Shown here piece after piece: positions 1 to 14,900 of a DNA stretch of 64,000 nt (position 1 is the first letter of the stretch; the number at the start of each line of letters is the position of its first letter). Location of the stretch: NCBI RefSeq assembly GCF_902652985.1, contig NC_047016.1, forward strand, positions 48,298,001-48,362,000. The letters are read 5' to 3'. Origin of the DNA: Pecten maximus. Taxonomy: Eukaryota. Position numbers and translations under genes: made by a program. The notes under the pieces are model-generated. The model saw nothing but the letters and a program-made list of their open reading frames with translations, did no database searches and had not been told where the DNA came from.

Positions 1-3000
1 GAACTAAAAGATTCGCGGTTCTATTTTTTTTAATTATCTTTCTATATAATTTCATTTCAACGACCGTGAACTCTGGATCAATCTTTATATATCTTTAATA
101 CATTAAATAAAAACCTGTAGATGAATGTTCTATTCCTGTCTTCTTTACTCTTTTATTCTTATTAATCTATTCTTTCCTTCTTTGATTTGATGGCGGGTTC
201 CATAGGTTCAATACTAAAACAGTTTTTGTTTACAATTCAAATACAGTATTCTATGACGTTTTGAATGTTAATCTGTGATTTACATTGTAGAGTTCGTATC
301 CCTAAACTGTAAATTATTATTAAATTTGTTTTGTTTGCAACATTCATTGCCGATTTGTTTTACATTGACTCCTTAGAAAATGATTTTGTGTCATCATATA
401 TAATAAAGAATAGACAGATTTAATTCAATATTTCACAATGTATTACATCAAAGCAGGATATTATAATTGTTCTTATTAGTAGTGTAGGTACCCAATGGGA
501 TTATATACCACTAAAACTAAAATGTTTTATAATTAGTTAACATTTTACTCATTAAGTCTCTATGCACAATGGAGAGTGGAATAATGCTATATTCACTTTT
601 GCTTTTTATACATTTATGGAATAACGTATATCACTTTCATGCTTCCCGGAAATTACACTGCGTAAACAAGTTTCAATCATACATTATCTTAAATTGAAAT
701 GTTACCCTCACATACAACCAGAGTAGCAAAATTATCATTTTTTGTTGCATAGAAAGGTGCACGAATTATCGTTCTTTTATAGACTTAACTAAAGTAACCC
801 ATTCTAAATGGAAAAAAAACGGCGATCGGGTACGCCTGCAAAGACCGGAGTTGTGCAATATATACCATACTATTCTTCTGATTAAGTTCACTTCGTAACC
901 AGTTTCCCATTATATTGGGAAGCCATAACTGAAAATTGATTCCTGCCTTTTTTATCTGGTTTTAATAGTAGAGCGGTAAATTCTACGCATTTGTGTAGGC
1001 GGATATTGACTTGATATAGGACGAGTCAATGTCCAGGTAAAAACAAATATTGTTAACCAAATAAAACTTATTATAGATACATACACAATATGTAACAACA
1101 AGAAAAACAAGAAAGCTCTAAACATCGAAAATGATTAAAATTAAACCATTACCTATGCTATACGCTTCCAATTGCCACGCTGTCTAGGTTTTTCCAGGTG
1201 ATAGAAAATGTGACATTGTCAAGTAGCCCGGTCTGGTTAGATTGAGTAAACCGCGATAGCTGTACATGTATAAGCTGTGTTGTTCGTTCAAGTCAACAAG
1301 TCCTGAAAGATAAACATCAAAGGTACTTTAGTGGACAATTTCTTATTGTAATACATCTAATGTATCATCTTGTATATCTAAATTAATTTTTATGATGTCC
1401 ATGTACCGAATAATTTTAATTTTTTAAAATCTTTGCCGGCGAGTTCAACATCGTGATGCACTATCTAGAAAGATTCATGTTATCAATGATGATTGTTAGG
1501 TGTAACAAAGGTTGCAGGAAGTATTATCAGGTTAAACTGTAACATGAAATCCTGACCTATCCGCGTCCACAGTCAGCAGTGTATCGAAGGCGTTATCAAC
1601 AAGGCGTTATCATTTATGCAATCATTTGTTGTTCGTAAATGAAATCTAAACAATCTATTCGTATCGTTGTTGGCTTCATCTAAATGTAACCATGTGTAAA
1701 CACCTATATATGATTTATGTTCGGTGACAATGACCTAAATTAACAGTACATTTATATCATTGTAAAAATTGTAAAATAAAAAAAAATATTGAACAGAGAT
1801 TGGAAATATATGATCTAACTAAACTGCAGCTGGTAAACACTGTTGGTGAATTCTAGTCTCCACGGTCTGTGATACAGCTTGATGATGCAGTCTGCATGCC
1901 TTTTGTAAGTAATTTGAATAACGACACGGTTCAGAATATATACAATGTACTTAACAATATTTTAAATCCAACATTGGAAATATGATATATTTTGTTCAAT
2001 TATCGCACATTTTTACCTTCCCATCAAGATTTTGTCTTTTCTTTCGACCTATTTTGATTCTACACTTTGGGTCCTTAGCGTCAATGACGAGTCTTAAAAT
2101 GGTGAAACAGCTATATGATATAGCTTAATTCATTTTATATCTACTGTATCTTACTCAGATTTTGCATTGAACCCATCAATATCTTGCTTTTTGTAACATT
2201 CTTTTAAAACAAAGCGGTATCAAAAGGCCATAGCTTCTTTTAAACGAGAAAATTATATGTTAACATCATAAACATACGAATTTGATGTGTTTGATTCAGA
2301 TTTACTATACCAATTGAGATGTACAGACGGGATTAAGTATTAATGGAGCGAAGCTAACATGTTTTAAATAATAATGAGAAGATGTTATCTTGAATTAAAA
2401 TTCTAAATTAAACTCGTAATAGCGACTATCAGCGGATAAAAAGCATTTCATAGAGCTTTTAATTCCTTTTCATTTCATATGATTATCATATCGAATAATG
2501 TATTAGCGAAGTTGAATTCACTAAATAGATAAATATTACTTTTATCAAATGCCAAACGTCATTTCTGATTATAAATATTGCATTGCATAAGGCATTCAGT
2601 AAAAATAGATAAAAGAATGTTTTAGCCATGATATGTACAATATACATGAACACTTTATATATATATTTATGATATCAATACCTATCATATATTAAACTAT
2701 ATCTGCCTTTGTTATTTCTGATGTAATACGGGAGTCACATGAGTGTTAACTGTATGGCATCATACAAATAATACAATGACAAAAGTGATTCGGAAAATAG
2801 TCACTTACCTTTCCATCTTAGATATTTATGTATTAAGCAAGTGTTGAAACACGATATCCTTCGTACGTTGTGTCACAGCTTGTACCACCGCCTTTAGTGG
2901 GTTGGAGTGGCTAGAGGACGGAAGTTCAATGTAAAACTACCACTTGTATCACATGTACTGATAACGTAACGTTGTAGCAAAGTAGGTGAGATTAGTACTA

Positions 3001-3169
3001 CAAAATGAGTATTTTTAGCCTACACAACCTTTGTGAAAAGGCAAATGAGCAAAGAGGACAAAGAATTTCAAACTACACTAAATCGAATTAATTATTGTCA
3101 ACACTACGGTAATTTAAGGTGATTGTGTCAATGTCTGGAGCAACATGTGTGGTTTATTGTCTTTAAGTG

Positions 3170-3830
3170 AAGTGTCACATGTGTGGCATGATTGTCTTTT
3201 AGACTTGTGCCACTTGTGTGGCATGATTGTCTTTTAGACTGGTGCCACTTGTGTGGCATGCTTGTCTTTTAGACTGGTGCCACTTGTGTGGCTTTGACTG
3301 CCTGTTAGTCTGGTGCTAAATAAGTGGGATGATTGTTTTTTAGTCTGCGGTCAATGTGTGGCATTATGATGTTTAGTCTAGTGCCACATTTGTGGCGTTA
3401 TTGTTTTAGTCCTGTGCCACATTTGTGGCGTTATTGTTTTAGTCCTGTGCCACATTTGTGGCGTTATTGTTTTAGTCTGGTGCCACATGTGTGGCGTTAT
3501 TGTTTTATTCTAGTGCCACATTTGTGGCGTTATTGTTTTAGTCTAGTGCCACATGTGTGGCGTTATTGTTTTATTCTAGTGCCACATGTGTGGCGTTATT
3601 GTTTTAGCCTAGTGCCAAATGTGTGGCGTTATTGTTTTAGTCTAGTGCCACATGTGTGGCATTGTTGTTTTAGTCTTGTGCCACATTTGTGGCGTTATTG
3701 TTTTCGTCTAGTGTCACATTTGTGGCGTTATTGTTTTCGTCTTGTGCCACATGTGTGTCATTATTGTGTTTAGTTTTGTGTCACAGTTGTAGTTTGACTG
3801 CCTGTTAGTCTGGTGCCACATTTGTGGCAT
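3170..3830. repeat. 33-bp minisatellite (~20 copies), unit ~GTGCCACATKTGTGGCGTTATTGTTTTAGTCTA
   Basis: Visible tandem array; it produces the 11-aa periodic ORF 3333..3773 (LVPHVWRYCFS); each unit contains the inverted repeat GCCACA-NN-TGTGGC. Confidence 0.95.
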
Positions 3831-4327
3831 ACCATTGTGGCCTAAATGATTTTTGAAAAATGATAGCTTGCATTTTTGTCGTGATGATTAATTCCTACAC
3901 CATTTCTATCAAAATATTCATGGGTAAAGACTGATACGAGACAGCTATGTTAACTCATACAATTGTTATCCTAACATAGAGAGTTTTAATTGTCATTCAA
4001 TTGAAATATCGTAAATTAAACTAAAAATGCTACTTTAAATGATGAATCAATAAACAGCAGATACAAACGATTACACAAATATACATATAACTAGATATGA
4101 TTGATATTTCTCTTTGTTTTCATACCTGTGATAATTAATTTACTTAACCCTCACAACATTTGTTAGTGTTGGGATGAAACGTGTAGCTGATACTGACCGA
4201 TATTCCTATGTTTGGCAGTAGCCATAACAATATGTTCAATGCTAGATCTAAGCACATATTTGTTGATGAGTTTGAAAATAAAAACAGTGATGATGATTTT
4301 TTCTTTTCAATGGGTAATGAGGTAGGT

Positions 4328-4457
4328 NNNNNNNNNNNNNNNNNNNNNNNNNNNNNNNNNNNNNNNNNNNNNNNNNNNNNNNNNNNNNNNNNNNNNNNNN
4401 NNNNNNNNNNNNNNNNNNNNNNNNNNNNNNNNNNNNNNNNNNNNNNNNNNNNNNNNN
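4328..4457. other. Assembly gap (130 N)
   Basis: Run of N bases. Confidence 1.
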
Positions 4458-5551
4458 ATTAAAGATGTATAGATGACATAATATCAAATAAAATCCGATG
4501 AGGATATATCAAAGTTTCGTATAAGATGTCTGCTCGAAAACGTGCATAGCTTAGTATTTTCTTAACTTAATGCTATTTGTTTCATACTCGATATAACCAG
4601 TAAGCAATTATATTGCCAAATTCATTTCGGAGACATGTATAGTGGTTTGGGTAGAAGGGCTTGACAATTCGTGACAAATTGCTGTCAAGCCATACTGATA
4701 TAACCAAGCGAATGTTAACTAGTAACATACATCAGCTTTGTGCACTATTATCTAAAGTTGGTGAGTGGTTTACATATCAACTTGTAGATAACATGTCTTC
4801 TCAGCATACACCGCAACATCATACTTCCGTATAGACTTTTATACAACTTGTAAACACTTATATGTATTTTTACATAGAAACTTATGATGTGTGAGTGAAA
4901 ACGAAAATCTAACCTAGATCTTTATATAAAAATACAATAGAGCCGATAGAGAGTAAGAGGGGGACTATATGAACAAAATATTGATAGTCACCGAGAATGC
5001 ATGGAGACTAAGACCAGATGTTCCAGGTAAGTAAGCGTCCTCTGCTTCATCAACGAAACCCGCAATGCAAATCTAAGCCAGATCCAGGTAAAGTTATTAT
5101 CTCAGATTAAGGACCGGGTGTATGTTATTATTGTGCTGTCATATGTCGGTGCCTGTTGACTTTGAGCAGACCATCAATGTTTTTTTGAAAGATTTTATAA
5201 AATAACTAAGTTTGTACTAAATGTACATTTTAAGCGTTACTGGTCATGAATCTACGTGTAATATTGAAAAGAATATATGCTTAACATATTTCATATCAAA
5301 ATAAACATCAATAATGTAATGTAGGATATTGGACTCCTACATCAACTCAAATAGATTTTTTATACAATTGTATTGTACAGAAGAACATTTAATTAGCGTA
5401 TACAGATTATAAAGTATTAAAGACTACCGTGTACTTAAAAAAACAAAATATGTAGCTTAGTTATTTATTATTTTAAACATCAATAACATTAGAGTTAAGG
5501 ATGATTTTTATCGCCATATCTTTTATCATTAGATCAATTTATTAAAACCAC

Positions 5552-5928
5552 TTAAGCATTGATGTAATTTTTTTTAGTTTCATCGGGGTATGAAACAAAT
5601 TTTGTTTGCAAACTGTATGAATCCGCGTATCGGATTCTTACAGAAGTTTGCAAACAAAATTTGCGGATTCTTACAGAAGTTTGCAAACAAAATTTGTTTC
5701 ATACCCCGATTTTTGAAAATGATTTTCTAATTTAAAACATGTTTTATGTACAATTTTACTGGTTTTAAATGGGATTATTTTTCTCAAATCAATACGCAAC
5801 GTCAATTGTCGTATTGTGACGTCACATTTTCGCGCCATTCTCGGAATTTCTTTCATAGAAGAATGAAAAGAATTTTTCGACCAATCACATTTGCGTATTT
5901 ACCATGAAAACAAAGAAAAATTAATTAT
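5552..5928. mobile_element. Non-autonomous foldback element (Crypton/tyrosine-recombinase-like), copy 1
   Basis: Near-identical to 16521-16900; long hairpin; carries a 33-bp internal duplication and has lost the internal junction. The family assignment is inference. Confidence 0.75.
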
Positions 5929-5944
5929 AGTGCTTTTAATTTCA

Positions 5945-8900
5945 CTACTCTTTTTCCGACACGAAATGCTCAGAATATGCCACATGTTCCTGTATATTGT
6001 TCCGCGATCCTGTACCACATGTGAAATAATAGTCGCTATTTACACTAGCAGTACTTGTAACACTCCGATGCGTATCCCCGGGAAAACTCACATAGTTAGG
6101 CAAACAGTGATTTTCATCTTCTATTTTCCGATGCAAATCATGTTTCTTGTAGGAATTCCATCCAGATGGATTATTCATTAATTCATTGCAAGGATATTCG
6201 TCGGTATCGTCGATTTCATTTTCGTCATATTTCCGACATGCAACCTACAAATGATACACAAATGGAAAACAAGTGAAAAGGGACACTAAACAGTGACTGT
6301 AAGTTTTCTTTATCTTATACATCAAGTAATTGTATAATTATTAAAGCTATAAACCCCCCTTTTATTTGCCCAGATCATTTTCCCCTGATGTTATACGGGA
6401 GGACAGGGAATATCCACAAGCTTATCGGTGTGACATTAAAATAATTTTGTACTTTAGGATGAGGCAGAATATCATGTCTCGTCACGTTATCTTGCATTGA
6501 TGCAACATCAATATTAGATACAAGAGGGTAAACAGGATAAGAGAAAAAATAATAGATAATCCCTTGGAAGTGAGGGAGGGGGGTCCAACACACGTATTTG
6601 CCAACTTAAAAATATGTGTATGATATCCGTAATGATAACTTCAGTTAATACTCAACTAAATCAGTAATCGAAGGCATTATTACCTCCCCTGCTCGGGTAT
6701 TCCCTCCTTTGGGTGGACATAACTGTTGGTCAGACACCATACTCCTGGGCCCGTTTATGGCATTATCTCTTTGAAAAGAGCAGTATTCATTATCTTCTCT
6801 CTCCTTAGATCCCTCGGTTCCTGTTTCCTGGAGGTTCACAGCAGCATCGCAGTTCAGTATACATGGCACTCGTTGTGAATGCAGAGCATTATCTCCCTGT
6901 ACATATACATGTAATAGTTATTTACTACAAATGACGGTACTTATACGTTTGTTCATCTTAATATACAAAACATTAGGTCAATGGGTCAAGTCAGGTCAAT
7001 AGTTGAAAGGTCAAATGTCATGATGGGTGACAGATATTATATATTCATATCATATATAAATTTATATTTATCGATTTATCCTGTCCCATATGTTAAATAG
7101 AATGTATGCTATTATAGTGCAAATAACAAATGTATCATTTTGTTCACTTTCTTAGCCGAGGATGATTAAATAAGACATTTACTGTTTTATCTCCTAAGAA
7201 CTTATCATCAGAGGCTGCAATGCGGTGCCGTACTAATTTGCCTTTATGTGAAGTCGGACCAGCAGCTGCCCTATGTGTGTCCCCAGGAAGTGTATGTACA
7301 TAGTTCGACAAATTCTTTGTTCGATTTTCTTGTTCAGGACTGTTCTGCGTACAATTATTCCATCCAGAGAGATTTCGAACGGTTATATCTAAGTGGTTGA
7401 TATCTTTGTCTTCAATTGTATATTTGTCATCTTTTCGTAATGATATCTGTAACTGAAACGAAATTATTATATCTACAATACACAGAAAAAATATGGTTAT
7501 ATTCAGTTCGTTTTGTAAAACTAGTTTCTTGTGAGAATATTGTCAACTAATTGCTTATACGGGCCTTGAGGAATTAGAAATTTGGCAGAGAATACTGCTA
7601 AGTGCCAGTTCATAGGCCTTAGTATATTCGAAATTTCACTGTTTTAAAATTTTAGATAGAGATGTTTTCATTTGTCTGGTTAAATGCTACCTCTACGTCC
7701 TCCATGTCTTTTAATATGTTCTCAAAGTAGCTTATATCATCTGCCAACACGCTCCGGTCTCCTGGAGGAAAGCCCGCATCATCATCACTTGGCTCAATAG
7801 TCGGATGGGTTGTGTGCGAACTACCATAATCCTGCAATATTGTTTACATAATTTGTTTACAATGTGTGTTGCATTTACTCCATTTATTGTCATCTTAAAC
7901 GACACTGATGCCAGGCCAACCCAACGCTACCTTTGCAAAACAAACAAAAACAAAACAAACAAAATAATACAAACAAGAACACATAAAAAAAACTTCCAGT
8001 AATGGAAAAAGACCCAGTCTTCATTCTGTTTCTTATATTTTTATACCATGTACGCTTGAACATAATAGTAAAGTTTGCATGCGCAGTGTAATCCAGAGGC
8101 TTACTCGATTTGCACTCTTCTCCTTCTAGAATATATCTTCCGGTCACTCGACTTGTAGCTCTTCTGCTTCTGGAAGATCTTCTATCTCTTCCGTCTCGAA
8201 GTTGGAAGATTTATCTTCCAAGATGGTGGCGACCATGTTTAAATGTGCGAGTGATGAATTTCACTAGAGAAGGATTTATGACACATGCATGCACATGTTT
8301 GTGTCATAGTGTTTGAGAAAACTTAAAAACTTGTTTGTTTTAGGTTATGTTCTTCCGGTTTACTCGATTTACATATAACGGAATGCGATCTTCTGAGAAG
8401 GCTTTTCTTCCGAGAAGAGTGCAAATCGAGTTGGACATCAGTGATATTCCTGTACAGGGAACTGCATTGAAGTATAGCGGAAGGACCTACGAAACTAACG
8501 TTCAACGATGTTGATTGGTTCAATTTGTACCCCGTTTGCTTGTGTCGTTAAAACCCTTTGATGTCACTCTCACTGATTTCCTGTATGGCACGTATTATAG
8601 AAAGTTTCAAGTTAACACTGGCTAGTGCCCGGAATCGTTCTTGAGTCATTAAGCATTTAATTTTCGAGAAACAATTTTCAGCTGGATTTAGAATACACAG
8701 GCAAAATGTAAAGCCGACACCCTGCATATGAAAAAAACTGTGATATGACCCTCTCTGCGCTGTTGTGGTTATTGAACAGTTATCGACAACTACCACATAT
8801 TCCGGTAAGTCAGTCCTGAGATAAACTTGCTTCATTCCAGAAGTTCAAGTACGTGTTCGTGTCTAGAAGGCCCATCCACGAAATTGTAATATATAACACC

Positions 8901-11900
8901 ATTCAAACCTACAAGTAGATTTAAAGTTAAATTACGACCTTGGTGAAATTTGCCTATTTCAACACATGCACACCCTTCTTAGAGTGACCATAATTCGAGT
9001 TAGTAGAGGTTATTTTGAACCCACTCTCGTCCATAAATTTCACTTGACAAGGCCGTACCGTTTTGCAAAAATCCATATCGGCTTGTGTGTAAACCATATT
9101 ATACCGAAAATGCATGATTTAACCGTTTGTTTAAATTTATTGTTGAACGGAAACTGCTAAATTATTGCATTTTTACATATTTTTTTAAATACCATTAACA
9201 AACGTGATTATATAATATAAAAGACTAACCTTGAGGGATATATGTGTAGCATATAATACATGTACATTTTACGTTTAACCAACAACTTATTTTTGTAATT
9301 ATGAATGTGCTAAATATGAGAAAGTTGAAAATAATATATCCCGAAAATGGACTACTGTTTGTAGTCTGTTAGTACATTTCAATTAATGTGTTCATTTGAT
9401 TCTGTCAAGGACGTATATATTAGAATATTATAATATACAATTCCTTGATTTCCTTCATTCATTCATCATAGTAACTATCCACTCTGATTGGCCAGTTACT
9501 ACGATAAGATCAATGGGACAGTAATGAATCGTGTCAATAGTAACTATCCACTCTGATTGGCCAGTTACTACGATAAGATCAATGGGACGGTAATGAATCG
9601 TGTCAATAGTAACTATCCACTCTGATTGGCCAGTTACTACGATAAGATAATGGGACAGTAATGAATCGTGTCAATAGTAACTATCCACTCTGATTGGCCA
9701 GTTACTACGATAAGATCAATGGGACAGTAATGAATCGTGTCGATAGTAACTATCCACTCTGATTGGCCAGTTACTACGATAAGATCAATGGGACAGTAAT
9801 GAATCTCACGGCCTGTATTTCCGCTACGACACTGAAGAAATCTATACAATAATAATAATACAATATAATCTTTACAAACGATTTGATTGGTCGTTCAATC
9901 AAAAGTAGTAAACGGATGGGCGGAGCGATGTAACGTTATACTTCAGTACAGTTCCCTGTATCAGTCTATTGAATCATTTGACTTACATTTTTGAGGTCTG
10001 GCAATACAAAGACGTCAGTCGTGCTGCTACGTCTGTATGGTTCGTTCTCTCTGTGACCAGAAGTCCGACGCGAGTCTCCAGGAATATATACATAGTTCGA
10101 CAGACTGTCTTTATTCTTCCTCATTTCTGGCACGAGGTCGTATTTTTGGCATGATCTGTTTTTCTCTCCCTGATCATTACTGACCTCATTTTCGTCCGTT
10201 GTGTCTGCGTCAATGTTATTGTCTTTCCTACGCTGTACATACAACAACGAGTATTGATCATGATCAAGACAAATCCCTTGTTTATGTTTTTTTTATCTTA
10301 ACGTTAATTATATTGATAACAAAGATACTACTTTTCATTTTGGTATTAATTCACAATAATATATTTACATTTTGGTGGCAAAGCCACGATATAAACTAAG
10401 TAAAAAGATTTGCAGTCTATGTGACCATAATTGACACCCAAAACTTGACATAAATCTATGCTACGCATGGATATATTCACCAACCGGAACTACTTGTAAC
10501 TAACGTAAACAATCATGGCTCTATGAAAAAAGCCTAGGACTACGTCGTTTTTTATGTTAATTAAAAAGTATCAAAAAGAAACTTTATACAATATTGTTAC
10601 ACAAATAATAAAAAGAATTGAACAGACTGTGTGTTTTTTTCATATTATTTCAATGCACTTTTTTTGTTTGCCAATCTGCACGTGGCAAATGAATTTTGAA
10701 TAAATAGGCTGTTCTATTTGTCGAACCCCATTGACGAAGTTGCTGAATATTGGCATTTTTTATGCTAACTCAATTTTAATTTTCAGAAATAACAAAACGA
10801 ATATGTTGAGAACAGATAAACATGTCGAGAACAAATAAACATGTCATATTGTGCGGTTCGCAAAGCTCTGGCATCTATATCGACCATAGACACCAAAAAA
10901 ATTCTTAAATATTCATGATATCTTACCTCCAATTAATTTGTATTTGTCAAATTCCCTCAAATGTAGTACTTCCTAAAAAGGAACACAAATCTCACTAACG
11001 TTTGTGTTGCTTTTACAGAATACCAATTATCTTTATCCGAATGATGACTATTTTGATTTTGGTATTCATTTGCAATGATATATTCATAATATTCAAATTA
11101 CCGGACTGGTAGTACTTTCTACGAAGGGACACAACTCTCTATCAGACACCGCCATGCTGCCATCGGAGACGGTGTTGTCGGCCGGATGAAGACGACTATA
11201 TTCTGAATTCTTTATTTCCTCGTTTCCAGTTCCCCGCCTCTCGGTTTCCTGTTCGTTGCTATGCTGACTTGTTACTGAATCGTCTCTTCTGTTTGAATCA
11301 GAACTGTCGACTCCCTACAAACATGATATTGCTTGTGAAATTGAATTTGAATATCATGATAATCATAGAACCATCAATGAAATATCAAAGTGATGAAACA
11401 ATATGACAGTTATGAAAATCGAAACTGCCTGCCAGTCGTAGTAAAATTGGAAATATCTGTGTAAGTAACGTCATTGTCCCTGGAAGAGTGATAAGTCATG
11501 TTGGGGATTCCTTTGCGGATCCTTTGAAGGTTACTCAGAACCTACCTTTGTTATTTTTATGATTGGATTTGAATTTCAATATATTACAATTTACAGTTTA
11601 TCAGAACATGTATTTTATATGATATTTAAACATTTTACTTACATTGTAAGGTTCTCCCAGATCAATGTCAGTTAATGTATAGTGAGGTACATTTTGACTA
11701 CCGGCAGTTTCATTTGCAGCAGTAGCCTGAATCGTATCCTCAGGTATATTCTGTAAACAGTATTTCTGCATTTGTAGTTAGTGTTCATTGGCTAATTAAT
11801 TACATTTAATCACTTTTCGGTTTCTCATTAACTGGCTGTTGGTTAATGTTTAATGTTATTTATCTTTCTGGGTTTTTTTTTCAATTCTGTCTGTGTTACA

Positions 11901-14900
11901 TACAAATATTATAATAGGCGTAGGTTTCTATTAATCTAAGACATTAATTGTAATTTTGCACTACTTTAGTAATAAATCAAATATGAAAATAAACGACAGT
12001 TAGGTTGAAACCAACTTATCGAAAGTATAAATATAAAAAATATAAAAAACAAAATTGTAAAAAAAAAAGCCATGTTTAGATATATGGTGACGTCATTGAA
12101 TTCTTTTAAATGTGGCCATCGCCTATGTATTGATATATCGTTAAAATATCAAATTTCACACATGAATACATTTGGACTGCAGATTTCAATTCCTTCTTTG
12201 ACTGTATTGGATAGTCTGATGACCATCTGGACCAGGAGACTATTTTTCTATAAACATCATTAACTGAAGGCGTGACACGATAATATCGAAAGAGAGAGCT
12301 ACTGTATATATAAAGAGGTTTAGCCGAAAATTGTACGCCGAATCCCAGGCAAGATTCCGATACCCGGACTGTGAAATTTATTTTCACTTGAACTTAGGCT
12401 TTAACTTGATCAAAGATTGAACGTTTGATTTAGTTTATTATAGAAAGATTGACTATCATTCAGTTAAGCCTCATTAAGATTAGATAGATTTAGATCGGTC
12501 AGGGATTTCCCTCTATATTTATGTAATTAAACAGTTTTTGGAGCCCAGTCTTACGTGAAATTTGATTAGGGACGCACACAATCGTTAGATAATACTTGGT
12601 TCAATTTGTAAGCTGTTATTTGCTTCAGCGGTGACCACACACGTTATACCAGTAATATTCCGTTTGGTAAATAAAATGGACTATAATCATACAGCTTTCC
12701 CCATAGTCTATAGTACAGCCAAGTGTTTAGCCATGTGCCCGACCCGTCAATCTGTTGTAATTTTAGAGTATTAAGTAAACCGACCGATCGACTTAAAATA
12801 AATTTATTTTATTTCCTTGTTTATTTGGTCAAGGAAGAATAGTTATCTGTTGGAAACAGAAATATATACAGCTGTTAAAATTTAATACGCCAACCTTTAA
12901 GCGCACATTTAAATGACATTATAATTATCATCATCATCATTTTGTAGAAATGAACTTATTACCTTAATACGTAGGGTTAAATCTGTATACGTAGAAAATC
13001 TAGAAAATTCTCTTAACAACCAGTCTACTTCTGCATCAAAATGGTGGAAAACAGCAAAAGCAATCTTGAAAATTGATGACAAATCACCTATCATTCCTCC
13101 ATTAAATTGTAATAACTCCATTTTATTTCATCCACTTGATAAAGCTGAATGTCTTGTTGATTATTTTACATCTACATGTATTTCAACTTCTTCTGATTAC
13201 ATTGATCCACTGCCTCCTGTTCCAGAATCCCCAAATACTCTCAATAATATTTCATTTCAAGAACAGGAGATAGTGGATCAGCTGACTGTATTGAATGATA
13301 GAAAGCCTGCAGGATCTGATGAAATTGTACCTAAAATTATTAAACTCCTCTCACCATCACTAGTAACTCCCCTTACTTTATTATTCAATAAAACTATGTC
13401 TACAGGCTCTATTCCTCTGTCTTGGAAATTAGCTAATATTAATGCTATATATAAAGGTAAAGGTAATAAATGCGATGTATCCAACTATCGTCCTATTTCT
13501 ATCACATGTTGCTTTAGTAAGATATTAGAAAAAATTGTTTTTAAACATTTATATAATCACTTAATACAATATGAAATTATTACAAAATATCAGTCTGGAT
13601 TTATCCCAGGTGATTCTACTGTCAACTAACTACTATCATTGTATAATACAATTATTCAAAAATTAGATGAAGGACTTGAAATTAGATTAATATTCTGTGA
13701 TGTTAGCAAAGCATTTGATCGAGTCTGGCATCCTGGTTTACTATTTAAACTTGAAATGTATGGCATCAAAGGTAAGCTCCTTAATTGGTTTAAGGATTAT
13801 CTCTTAAACCGTTAACATAGGGTCATGACAGAAGGTTTCTGTTCATCACCATGTCAGGTAAGTGCTGGTGTCCCCCAGGGATCAGTCCTCGGCCCTTTTC
13901 TATTTCTTATTTACATCAATGATATCACTGAATGTATAACTAATGAAAAAAGATTATTTGCAGATGACACATCTCTCTTTAGAGTAATACATACCACTCC
14001 ATTAGATGCTGCCAACAGCCTATCTACTGACTTAGTAAATGTTGATGTATAGTCCAAAAAATGAGACATTAAGTTTAATCCAAATAAAACTGAATCATTA
14101 ACTTTTAGTCGTAAAAGGAATATAATTAGTCCTGATATTTTATTTCAAAATGAAATCGTATCTAATGTTACATCACATAAACACCTTGGTGTATTTTTCT
14201 CTCCAGATGGTAAATGGCATCATCACATTGACTATATCTATAATAAAGCATATAAACGTCTTAATTTACTAAAGTCAGTAAAATATAAAATGAGTCGAAA
14301 AACCTTAGTTACTTTATATACTTCTTATATTAGACCCATTTTAGAGTATGGTGATATTATTTTTGATAACTGTACGCAAGAAGAAGCAAAACTTCTTGAA
14401 TCAATACAAATAGAAGCTGCCCGTATTATTACAGGACTGCGTAAGGGAACCTCTCATTATAAACTTTACTGTGAACTTGGTTGGGACACCCTTGCTGCAA
14501 GACGGAAAAAACATAGATTAATACTCCTTTACAAAATTCTCTGTGGAACTACACCAACTTATCTGAATTAATTAATTGAGCCGTACTTTACTAATGCAAA
14601 TCCATATTTATTACGTAATGATAGAATGTTTACTATTCCATTATGCAGAACCAATATCTACGCAAAAAGTTTTATTCCAGCCACATAGAAAGATTATAAT
14701 GAACTTGCAGCAAGGTGTGACCTTACCAGTATTACATCAATTTATCAGTTTAAAAAACTTTTAAATATGCATTTAAGTGACATCAGATTCGAAAATATTA
14801 ATTATGCCTATTTTAATGCTGGTACCGGGAAAAACAATATACTTCTTTGTCAATTAAGAAATAATGTGAGTAATCTTAACTCTGACTTACACAGAGATCA

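Noticed and set aside
1153-2930. Possible first exons of a further minus-strand gene (ATGGAAAG|GTAAG near 2815; exon-like 1153-1302)
   Set aside because: No open frame can be joined. They could be UTR exons, but this cannot be supported here.
3333-3773. 146-aa repetitive ORF
   Set aside because: It is the translation of a 33-bp minisatellite, with a non-ATG start and no splice context.
10927-10972. 46-nt exon-like segment with good splice sites between receptor tail exons
   Set aside because: It would shift the frame of downstream exons, so it is left out of the model (a poison exon cannot be excluded).
11460-11545. Faint similarity to the NYV..LPGD module (possible dead exon)
   Set aside because: The match is too short and broken to distinguish from chance.
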